A stretch of 64,000 bases of DNA from SAR202 cluster bacterium. GTDB lineage: Bacteria > Chloroflexota > Dehalococcoidia > Lucifugimonadales > OSU-TB39. The stretch covers positions 20,481-84,480 of the forward strand of contig VFGY01000024.1 of the NCBI GenBank assembly GCA_009392195.1, given 5' to 3'. Below the pieces are notes generated by a model. It was not told the DNA's origin. It made no database searches and saw nothing but the letters and a program-made list of their open reading frames with translations. Made by a program: the position numbers and the translations under genes. Of the stretch, positions 47,282-55,792 are shown piece by piece. Position 1 is the stretch's first letter; each line of letters begins with the position of its first letter.

Positions 47282-47527
47282 ATTATATTAAACAAATTCG
47301 CCTGCTACGGAATACTCCGTAAAACAGGCGAACATAACTTTTATAATGTTTATTCAATTTGTAAAATATGCTACCAGCGGGCTAGGATGAGTGTCAATCA
47401 ATTTAAAGTTAACCAAAATACGAGTGTAAGTCATATTCTCAAGAGAACCTTATATTGATAAAGTAGAAATGTTTTATCATTAAATCAGCGTCCAAATTGC
47501 AATTTAAATCAAAAAACGGAGAGAAAT

Positions 47528-48565
47528 ATGAAATTTAAAGTAATCGTCCAAGCTGGATCAGTCTATAATCATTCAAATTATGATTTAGAGAGAGAAATTT
47601 TGGAACCAATAGGTGCTGAATTAATCGAAGTGGCAAGTGACGACAAAAATGATTTTATAAAAGAAGCAAAAACCGCCGATGCTTTAATCGCAGGCAAAAT
47701 GCAACTATCCAAAGAAATTATCGAATCTTTAGAAAATTGCAAAATAATATCTATAGGCAGTGTCGGAACAGATACGATAGATATTGCTTCTGCTACTCAA
47801 AATGGTATACCTGTTACAAATGACCCAGATACATTTATAGATGAAGTTGCTGACCATACACTAACTTTGATTCTATCAACTTATAGAAGATTAACTCTTT
47901 TACACCAAATGTCCAAAGATGGTAGATGGAAAAAAGCTCGACCATATTTATACGAATTCCCAAGATTAATGGGACAATCTTTGGGTTTGATTGCCTTCGG
48001 ACATGTTGCTAGGGCAGTAGCAAAAAGAGCAAAACCTTTTGGCTTTAATATTCTGGCATATGACCCTTATATATCTGAAACGACCATCTCAGATTCAGGA
48101 GTAATACCGGTTAATTTAGATGAATTGCTCAAATCATCAGATATAGTATCAATGCATGCTCCTGGATCCGAAGAAACAGATCAAATGATTAATGAAACCC
48201 ATTTCAAATTAATGAAGAAAACAGCTTTGTTCATAAATAATGGGAGAGGATCCACAGTTGATGAACCCTCTTTGATAAAAGCATTAACAGAAAAGTGGAT
48301 AGCTGGTGCAGGGCTTGATGTATTACATCAAGAACCGCCTGACCTCAAAAACCCTTTGTTGGCTATGGAAAATGTAATAGTCACGCCTCATGTAGCTTCA
48401 GCTTCATCTAGATTCGAACCCCAAAGAAGAATCAGAGTTGCAAGAGAAATAAGATTGGCATTGTTAGGTAAATGGCCAATAGGTTGTGTGAATCCATCAG
48501 TACTTAATAATACCAACCTTAGACGCTGGCAACCATATTCAACTAATCGCGGTCCTGCACGATAA
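47528..48565 (+). CDS. D-isomer-specific 2-hydroxyacid dehydrogenase family protein (PGDH/CtBP-like)
   Basis: 345 aa. Motifs present: GLIAFGHVARAVAKRA, NNGRGSTVDE, LDVLHQEPP, VTPHVASAS. Confidence 0.88.
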   Translation: MKFKVIVQAGSVYNHSNYDLEREILEPIGAELIEVASDDKNDFIKEAKTADALIAGKMQLSKEIIESLENCKIISIGSVGTDTIDIASATQNGIPVTNDPDTFIDEVADHTLTLILSTYRRLTLLHQMSKDGRWKKARPYLYEFPRLMGQSLGLIAFGHVARAVAKRAKPFGFNILAYDPYISETTISDSGVIPVNLDELLKSSDIVSMHAPGSEETDQMINETHFKLMKKTALFINNGRGSTVDEPSLIKALTEKWIAGAGLDVLHQEPPDLKNPLLAMENVIVTPHVASASSRFEPQRRIRVAREIRLALLGKWPIGCVNPSVLNNTNLRRWQPYSTNRGPAR

Positions 48566-48712
48566 CTATCGTAGTTGTTAGTGCATAAATTGAATGTTAC
48601 AATCAAGTTTTATTAAAATGAATCTTTGTTAAAATATGCAAGTCATAAACAACAATATATTATGACTTCCAGAGCATATTGTTTGGTGTGATTCTAAGGA
48701 GGTAATTCCCAA

Positions 48713-49825
48713 GTGGGAACTATAAACGTAGCGATTATCGGTGTAGGAAATTGTGCTTCCTCGCTAATACAAGGTGTTTACAAATATAAAGGTTTAAAAG
48801 AAAAAGACAAAGTACCGGGAATAATGCATCCAGTAATGGGTGGGTATTCAATAGACGACATCAATTTTGTGGCAGCATTTGATGTCGACAAAAACAAAGT
48901 CGGAACTGACATTTCAGAAGCTATTTTTGCTGAACCTAATAACACTGTGAAATTCCAAAAAGTCCCTAAGCTTGGAGTTGAAGTCCAAAGAGGTATGACT
49001 CACGATGGAATAGGCAAATACACAAATGAATTGATTAAAAGAGCAGACGGACCTACCGCAGATATAGCACAAACTCTAATTGATAAAAAAGTTGATGTTC
49101 TTATAAGTTATTTGCCCGTAGGTTCCGAGGAAGCCACTAAGTGGTACGTAGAACAGGCAATAGCAGCAAAATGTGCGTTCATCAACTGTGTACCAGTATT
49201 CATAGCTAGTGGAGATGGCGACTATTGGCAAAAAAGATTTAAGAGTGCAGGAATACCTATAATTGGTGATGATATAAAATCTCAAGTAGGAGCAACGATT
49301 GTTCATAGAACTCTCACTCGGCTTTTCCAAGACCGAGGAGTTCATTTAGAAAGAAGTTACCAACTTAATTTTGGAGGCAACACTGATTTTCTGAACATGT
49401 TAGAACAAGAAAGACTTAGCTCCAAAAAAATATCAAAAACTAATTCTGTAACTTCCCAAATGGATTATGATATTGGTAAAGAAAATATACATATAGGTCC
49501 GAGCGACCATGTACCTTGGCTTCATGACAGGAAATGGTGCTACATAAGAATGGAAGGCGAAAGCTTTGGTGATGTTCCATTAAACGTCGAATTAAAACTA
49601 GAAGTATGGGACAGCCCAAACTCAGCAGGAGTAGTGATAGACGCCCTAAGATGTGCAAAAATTGCTCTTGATAGAGGGCTATCAGGACCAATATTAGGCC
49701 CTTCTGCATACTTTATGAAATCACCGCCTGTACAGTATACAGATGCAATAGCTAGAGAAATGGTTGAGGACTTTATATCTAACGAATCATCCGACCAAGA
49801 ATATTCTTTAGACACAAATAAATAA
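48713..49825 (+). CDS. ino1: myo-inositol-1-phosphate (inositol-3-phosphate) synthase, short bacterial/archaeal type
   Basis: 370 aa, GTG start with an AAGGAGG SD. The N-terminal [19 protein letters not shown] and later blocks ([42 protein letters not shown]) match the Ino1 family. Confidence 0.9.
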   Translation: MGTINVAIIGVGNCASSLIQGVYKYKGLKEKDKVPGIMHPVMGGYSIDDINFVAAFDVDKNKVGTDISEAIFAEPNNTVKFQKVPKLGVEVQRGMTHDGIGKYTNELIKRADGPTADIAQTLIDKKVDVLISYLPVGSEEATKWYVEQAIAAKCAFINCVPVFIASGDGDYWQKRFKSAGIPIIGDDIKSQVGATIVHRTLTRLFQDRGVHLERSYQLNFGGNTDFLNMLEQERLSSKKISKTNSVTSQMDYDIGKENIHIGPSDHVPWLHDRKWCYIRMEGESFGDVPLNVELKLEVWDSPNSAGVVIDALRCAKIALDRGLSGPILGPSAYFMKSPPVQYTDAIAREMVEDFISNESSDQEYSLDTNK

Positions 49826-49873
49826 TCAACGAATTAAACACTTTGATTTTATAGACTATATCCTAGAATCATC

Positions 49874-51010
49874 ATGTATCGAAAACTTAATATAGCTCTA
49901 GTATCTGCATACGATTATGCATTACCTAGTGGAGTTAACAACCATATAGAGAATCTTGCAGCCCAACTAAAATCTATAGGGCATTCAATTACGATATTCG
50001 CTCCATCTTCAAACCCTATTCCCCAAAAGGACTTCACACCTATAAGCAATTCTGTTGGAATCCCTACAAATGGTTCTATAGCTCGTATTTCTTTATCTCT
50101 GACGTCTTTTACTAAAGTTAAAAAAATACTTAATCAAAACAATTTTGATATCATCCACTTACATGAACCATTTGCAGGTTTGGTTCCTTTAGCATTTTTG
50201 CAACATTCCAAATCAATTAACATAGCAACTTTCCATTCACTCAGAGATTCTAAATTTAATTCAGTATTCAAACGTGTAAAAGGAGCTAAATTAGTTAATA
50301 ATTACTATAAAAAAATTGATGGCCGTATTACCATTTCGACAGCCTCCAAAAAGTTTATATCTGATCATTTCGATGGTGAATTTGAAATAATACCCAACGG
50401 AATAAATATATCGGAATATTCTCAAAGTGTATTACCAATAAAAGAAATCCAAGATGGGATGACTAACATTCTATTCGTTGGGAGAATGGAGAAACGTAAA
50501 GGTCTGAAATATTTACTATCAGCGTATGGAGAATTGAAATGGGATTATCCTAAAACCCGCTTAGTAATTTTAGGATCTGGTCCCCTAGACAAAGAAACGA
50601 ATCAAATAATATCTTCAAGAAACCTAAATGATATCCTTTTAGTTGAAGATGTTACTAACTCAATTAAGATGCGATACTTTAAAACATGTGATATATTTTG
50701 TGCTCCAGCTATTGGCAATGAAAGTTTTGGGATAGTACTGTTGGAAGCAATGGCTTCTGGCAAACCAATTGTCGCATCAGATATACCAGGATATAAAAGC
50801 GTGGTTGAGAACAATAAGCAAGGTATATTAGTGCCACCCAAAAATGAATCCGCAATAGCTTCATCTATTTTAAAACTTTTGAACAATCCTATTCTTTGTA
50901 ATGAATTAGGACAAAACGGAATGGCCAAAGCAAAAGAATATGATTGGACAATAATTGGCAAAAAGATTAACAATTATTACAACGAATTTCTATACAAGAA
51001 AGTTGTTTAA
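49874..51010 (+). CDS. pimA: GT4 glycosyltransferase closely resembling phosphatidylinositol alpha-mannosyltransferase PimA
   Basis: 378 aa. There is full-length block similarity to mycobacterial PimA as I recall it: SGVNNHIENLA, IPTNGSIARISL, FDIIHLHEP, IATFHS, GRITIS, IIPNGIN, ILFVGRMEKRKGL, DIFCAPAIGNESFGIVLLEAMASGKPIVASDI, EYDW. Confidence 0.8.
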   Translation: MYRKLNIALVSAYDYALPSGVNNHIENLAAQLKSIGHSITIFAPSSNPIPQKDFTPISNSVGIPTNGSIARISLSLTSFTKVKKILNQNNFDIIHLHEPFAGLVPLAFLQHSKSINIATFHSLRDSKFNSVFKRVKGAKLVNNYYKKIDGRITISTASKKFISDHFDGEFEIIPNGINISEYSQSVLPIKEIQDGMTNILFVGRMEKRKGLKYLLSAYGELKWDYPKTRLVILGSGPLDKETNQIISSRNLNDILLVEDVTNSIKMRYFKTCDIFCAPAIGNESFGIVLLEAMASGKPIVASDIPGYKSVVENNKQGILVPPKNESAIASSILKLLNNPILCNELGQNGMAKAKEYDWTIIGKKINNYYNEFLYKKVV

Positions 51011-51060
51011 AAACGTAAAGTATAATTTGGTAGTTTTATAAACATATCTAAAGGTGAAAA

Positions 51061-51678
51061 ATGATTTTGGATCGGTTCAACAAATTTTTCTTGATTCCAA
51101 TAGTCAAAATATTCATATTTTTAAAAATCAAACCTAACCATATAACTTTGTTGGGTCTAGTTTTTGCAATCGTCTGTTGTTACCTAATATTCTATGGCAT
51201 GTGGCTAACTGCTAGTTTAATTCTTTTGTTATCAGGATTTTTCGATATGCTAGACGGTGCTATAGCAAGATATTCCAATAATACGACATTATTCGGTAAA
51301 TTCCTCGATTCGTTTGTTGATAGAATATGCGAATCTTTGGTTTTAGGTTCAGTACTTATATACTTTATATTTAAAGAAGAAAGTAGTATAACTGCTTTCC
51401 TAAGCTATACAACCATATGTTCATCAATAATTGTAAGTTATAGCAGAGCACGTGCAGAAAGTTTAGGAGTAAAATCTAACGACGGCTTGATGACAAGAGC
51501 ACCACGAGTTTTATCCCTCACCATAGGATTATTGATATTTTCATTTTTCCAACAAACCACAATTTTAAACTTGAGTATTATTGACATAAGTTTATTATTA
51601 ATAACCATTTTATCTGTATTCACTATTATCCAAAGAGTACTTATTGTCAAAAATCAAACTACATCAGATAGCAAATAG
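51061..51678 (+). CDS. CDP-alcohol phosphatidyltransferase (probable phosphatidylinositol-phosphate synthase)
   Basis: 205-aa polytopic protein with a complete D(x)2DG(x)2AR(x)8G(x)3D(x)3D motif (DMLDGAIARYSNNTTLFGKFLDSFVDR). It is adjacent to ino1 and pimA-like. Confidence 0.85.
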   Translation: MILDRFNKFFLIPIVKIFIFLKIKPNHITLLGLVFAIVCCYLIFYGMWLTASLILLLSGFFDMLDGAIARYSNNTTLFGKFLDSFVDRICESLVLGSVLIYFIFKEESSITAFLSYTTICSSIIVSYSRARAESLGVKSNDGLMTRAPRVLSLTIGLLIFSFFQQTTILNLSIIDISLLLITILSVFTIIQRVLIVKNQTTSDSK

Positions 51679-51693
51679 GATCTGTAAGGAAGC

Positions 51694-52371
51694 ATGGCAA
51701 TTTTAGATAAATCAAATCTAGCTAACCTAAACGACAAATTTGAAACTCATTTAAATTCCAAAGTTTCTTTACGCTTGTTTACTCAGAATAATTCGGGGCT
51801 AATTATCCCAGGTAAAAGATGTGATACATGCATAACAACAGAAGCCATTTTAACCGAGGTATCAAGCGTTTCGAATAATGTCAGTTTAGAAATAATAGAC
51901 TTTTACAATAATGAACAGGCATCTAGAGAATTAAAAATTAAACGTATTCCCGCAACTGTGATTGGGCAATCCGGACGTGCCATTTTTTACGGCATGCCTT
52001 CAGGATATGAATTTTCCACATTGGTAAACTCTATAATCAATGCATCGCTAGACTCTCAAAACTTAAATGAAGATTTACATAGAGACCTTGAAACGATTGA
52101 GAATCCCATAAATATAAAAGTATTTGTAACACCCTCTTGCAAATATTGTCCTGAAATAGCTGAATTAGCCCTTTCATTAGCGATGCAGTTCGAAACAATT
52201 AAAACAGAGATAATAGAGGTTCAAGAATATCCTGATTTAGCTAGTAATTATGGCATTACAAGTGTACCAATTACTATTATCAACGATAAAATACAAATAC
52301 CCGGTCAAATTTCTTCTGATACATTAGTTGAAAACTTGCTACAAATTAATGATGAAATGAGGATTGCCTAA
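51694..52371 (+). CDS. two-domain thioredoxin-fold protein (glutaredoxin-like / protein disulfide oxidoreductase type)
   Basis: 225 aa with no signal peptide. There are two CxxC motifs, one per half (CDTC; CKYC in VFVTPSCKYCPE). This resembles the archaeal/Thermotoga-type PDO architecture. Confidence 0.7.
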   Translation: MAILDKSNLANLNDKFETHLNSKVSLRLFTQNNSGLIIPGKRCDTCITTEAILTEVSSVSNNVSLEIIDFYNNEQASRELKIKRIPATVIGQSGRAIFYGMPSGYEFSTLVNSIINASLDSQNLNEDLHRDLETIENPINIKVFVTPSCKYCPEIAELALSLAMQFETIKTEIIEVQEYPDLASNYGITSVPITIINDKIQIPGQISSDTLVENLLQINDEMRIA

Positions 52372-53808
52372 ATGCCCATACTTTTATACTTCCATAAACT
52401 AACTACAGGCATACCTAAACTATTATCGTTAATGATACTCACATTCTTAGTAACTATTTCTCAAACAGCAAATATCGCTATAGCTGATGAAACTACTGAA
52501 AATCCAATAGATGTTAAATCATTTTCAATTACCAGTGAATTTCCAAAAGGTATTTGGTTAGATGTGGAGGTAGTTTCCGATAACAAAATCACAGAAATTT
52601 CTTCTAGATTAAAAATAGGGCAAACTAAAGGAACGACTTACAATTATTTATGCTTAGAAAAAGAAAATAAAAATCCCGAATCATGGCGATGCCAAGATCT
52701 TGTACCAGACAACAACATAAAGGCAACCTTGTTTTGGAGAACAGACACTTCAGGTAAATACATCCCTCAGGGTACCCTAATTGAAATATCTTTCGAAATA
52801 AAAGATGAAAAAGGTAATGTTTTAACTACTCCACCAACAAACTTTATATACCTTGACCCAAATTTCAATTGGGAAAATATTTCAGAGGGGCCTGTTACAT
52901 TAAATTATCATGGACCTGTCAAATCACGAGCTCAAAAAATACTAGATGCTATTGTTGAAACGTTGGAAAAAGTTGGACCAGTCTTGGGAGCAAACATCGA
53001 TGATCCAATAATGGTAACCATGTACAACAATGGCAAGGAAATGATTGATGCCCAACCTCCACAAAGTTCTACACAAGGTAGAGAATTAATTACTGAAGGC
53101 CAAGCATTCTCAAATTTTGGCACATTACACTTAATAGGAGGCGACAGAAATTCAATAGGTACAGCTTCTCACGAAGTTACACATATATTAGTACACAGAG
53201 CTGGGGAGGGCGTTTTCAGGAAAGTCCCAACTTGGTTAAATGAGGGCTTAGCAGAATGGGCTAATATAGATCCAGCAATGTCTTATGATATAGCTTTAGA
53301 ATTTGCAGTAGCTACAGATAGAGTACCTATTATAACAAAAGGTGTCACTATGCCCGGTAAACCGGAAGATGCAATAATTTTTTATGGGGCTTCAAGAAGC
53401 ATAGTTACATACTTGATATCAGAGTATGGTGCTAAGAAAATGTATTCTCTTTTATCAGAATTAAAATCAGATATTAAATTAGAAGAAGCTATACAAACAG
53501 TTTATGGGTTTGACATTGTATATCTTGAAAATACATGGCGTAATAAAATAGGCGCAGAAAAGTATATCGATAATAAATCATCTTTAACTATACCGACCGC
53601 AGAACCAATAAAAACCATCAAACCATTTAGCCTTAATGATGATTCCGCAATAACTAGAGGTGGGGGTGAAATTAAATCAGAGGATAAAAACACCTCAACA
53701 AGTTCTGGATGCAATTTATTCTCTCTTAACGATAATTCAAATGCCGACTTAAGTATTTTAGGTTTGTTGATATTTTTGATTTTGTTCAAATCGAAAAGAA
53801 ATAATTAA
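52372..53808 (+). CDS. secreted gluzincin (peptidase MA-like) metalloprotease with a C-terminal TM/sorting-like tail
   Basis: 478 aa with an N-terminal signal peptide. The zinc motif is HEVTH followed 19 residues later by WLNEGLAEW. The C-terminus ends in a hydrophobic helix plus basic cluster (LSILGLLIFLILFKSKRNN). The start abuts the previous stop (TAAATG). Confidence 0.75.
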   Translation: MPILLYFHKLTTGIPKLLSLMILTFLVTISQTANIAIADETTENPIDVKSFSITSEFPKGIWLDVEVVSDNKITEISSRLKIGQTKGTTYNYLCLEKENKNPESWRCQDLVPDNNIKATLFWRTDTSGKYIPQGTLIEISFEIKDEKGNVLTTPPTNFIYLDPNFNWENISEGPVTLNYHGPVKSRAQKILDAIVETLEKVGPVLGANIDDPIMVTMYNNGKEMIDAQPPQSSTQGRELITEGQAFSNFGTLHLIGGDRNSIGTASHEVTHILVHRAGEGVFRKVPTWLNEGLAEWANIDPAMSYDIALEFAVATDRVPIITKGVTMPGKPEDAIIFYGASRSIVTYLISEYGAKKMYSLLSELKSDIKLEEAIQTVYGFDIVYLENTWRNKIGAEKYIDNKSSLTIPTAEPIKTIKPFSLNDDSAITRGGGEIKSEDKNTSTSSGCNLFSLNDNSNADLSILGLLIFLILFKSKRNN

Positions 53809-53830
53809 CGTACTTGATACTCATAAAATC

Positions 53831-54790
53831 TTATTGAGTCCGTGGATTAAAGACGTCGTTTAAAGCGTCCCCCAATAAACTCCAACAGAATATTAGTAAC
53901 CAACTTACTAACCCAGGAGCAAGAATCATCCATGGCTCATTTCTTAAAACACTTACATGTCCCGCTTCATATAACATTATTCCCAAACTAGGTCTTGGTG
54001 GTTGAATCCCTACACCAACCCAACTCAAAAATATTTCAACTCCGACCATGGTACCCATGCTCATGGTAACACTCACAATTAGAGGACTAATGGCATTCGG
54101 CAAAATATGTCTAAATAAAATCCTGGGGGTTGACGCGCCTAAAGCTCTAGCTGCTTCAATATATGGAGATTCTCTAAGAAACAGTACTTGCCCTCTAACT
54201 AACCTAGCAGTACTGAACCAACCAAAAACCACCAAAGCAAACGATATGACTATGTAATCAGCAACCCCTGCAGAAATCAATCCACTTAAAAAGGTGTTGT
54301 CCTCTAACCAAATCATTGCATTTTTTATTCTTCCTCGCAATGTAGCCGCAATCATTAAAACCAAGAAAAAAGTAGGGACCACACTCAATACTTCTCCCGA
54401 CCTCATAATCAATGCATCCACAAATTTACCATAGTATCCAGCTGCTAAACCTAAAGTTACTCCTAACAACAATCCACCGCTCAACATACCTACCATTGTT
54501 AAAATTACTGTATTTTGAACAGCCCAATGCACCCTTGTAAATAAGTCTCTTCCCGCCCTATCAGTACCAGCCCAATGTTCCCAACTAGGAGGTTGGCGAA
54601 TCGCTTGATAGTCTGGTTCGGAATAAGAATATCTAGAAATAACCGGTGAAAATATTCCTAATGAATAAATTATGACTATAACTGTTAGGCAAAACACTGC
54701 AATTTTTTTTCTAAACAGTCTAGATAAAGCTCTGGAAAAATGTCCCTTTGGTTTATCTTCATTTAATTCTATTTGGTCTAAAGTCACCAA
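53831..54790 (-). CDS. peptide/nickel-type ABC transporter permease (DppC/OppC-like)
   Basis: 319 aa, 6 TM helices, BPD_transp_1 core with an EAA-type loop (YIEAARALGASTPRILFRHILPN). Confidence 0.9.
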   Translation of the reverse strand: MVTLDQIELNEDKPKGHFSRALSRLFRKKIAVFCLTVIVIIYSLGIFSPVISRYSYSEPDYQAIRQPPSWEHWAGTDRAGRDLFTRVHWAVQNTVILTMVGMLSGGLLLGVTLGLAAGYYGKFVDALIMRSGEVLSVVPTFFLVLMIAATLRGRIKNAMIWLEDNTFLSGLISAGVADYIVISFALVVFGWFSTARLVRGQVLFLRESPYIEAARALGASTPRILFRHILPNAISPLIVSVTMSMGTMVGVEIFLSWVGVGIQPPRPSLGIMLYEAGHVSVLRNEPWMILAPGLVSWLLIFCWSLLGDALNDVFNPRTQ

Positions 54791-54804
54791 TTTACTTAAC
54801 CTTG

Positions 54805-55734
54805 TTAGTTATATCTGATTCTTGGATCAATTAATGTATAACAAATATCTGCTAATAATGTACCTATAACAAAAAATGTGGCTGCAATCATAGTAATAGC
54901 CATTAATACAGGAAAGTCTCTTTGGAAAACTGATTCCACTGCAAAATACCCTATCCCGGGAATACCTAATATCCTCTCTGTTATTAATGCTCCTCCTATC
55001 AATCCAGCTAATGAAAAAGCTAATATAGTAACAATAGGTATGATTGCATTTCTCAGAACATGCCTTGCGTCTATGGTGAATACACCCAGACCTTTTGATT
55101 TGGCTGTCCTAATAAAATCCTGACCTAAGACATCTAAAGTACTAGCCCTCATAAGTCTTACAAAAAACGCTATACCTGGTGTTCCCAATGTAATTGCAGG
55201 AATAATAATTCTCGTATCCCATAGCCCGCCCCAACCAGAACAAGGTAACCATCCCAATTTCAAACAAAATATCCATAATAGAGTAGGTACACTAATCATT
55301 GGCAAAATAGCCATCAATGAAAGTGCAGCTATTATTACAATTGGGTCTATTGCATAACCTTGTTTATGGGCAACATAAAACCCCAAAGGTAACCCAAATA
55401 CTACACTAATGGCCAAAGCTACAAAGCTTAGTTGCGCAGAAACCCACATTTTGGGGATTATTAAGTCTTTTACAGATTGACCCGGGTATCTTAAACTTTC
55501 TCCAAAGTCACCTATTGCAAAACTAAACACATAGTCAAAATATTGGACCCAAAAAGGACGATCTAATCCGAGTTCATGCCTTAATCTATCTGCAGCTTCT
55601 GGCCGCGCTTTGGCACCAAGCATCACCGTTACTGGATCTCCTGGAGCTACTCTGAATAAAAAAAAAGTAATCAATGAAACAGCGAATAACAAAACTGGTA
55701 ACCACACTAATCTTCTAGCTATATACATCCCCAT
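54805..55734 (-). CDS. peptide/nickel-type ABC transporter permease (DppB/OppB-like)
   Basis: 309 aa. It starts MYIARRLVWLPVLLFAVSLITFFLFRVAPGDP and has the loop DFIRTAKSKGL, typical of DppB/OppB. Confidence 0.9.
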   Translation of the reverse strand: MGMYIARRLVWLPVLLFAVSLITFFLFRVAPGDPVTVMLGAKARPEAADRLRHELGLDRPFWVQYFDYVFSFAIGDFGESLRYPGQSVKDLIIPKMWVSAQLSFVALAISVVFGLPLGFYVAHKQGYAIDPIVIIAALSLMAILPMISVPTLLWIFCLKLGWLPCSGWGGLWDTRIIIPAITLGTPGIAFFVRLMRASTLDVLGQDFIRTAKSKGLGVFTIDARHVLRNAIIPIVTILAFSLAGLIGGALITERILGIPGIGYFAVESVFQRDFPVLMAITMIAATFFVIGTLLADICYTLIDPRIRYN

Positions 55735-55792
55735 TTGTTAGACGCTTCCTACTTATATATTCACAAATAAAACTATTTTGAATTATTAAACT

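Noticed and set aside
47282-47527. glmS-ribozyme-like or other known riboswitch in the glmU leader
   Set aside because: The downstream gene is glmU, not glmS. The region is too AT-rich and lacks the conserved glmS core. Only a simple hairpin is supported.
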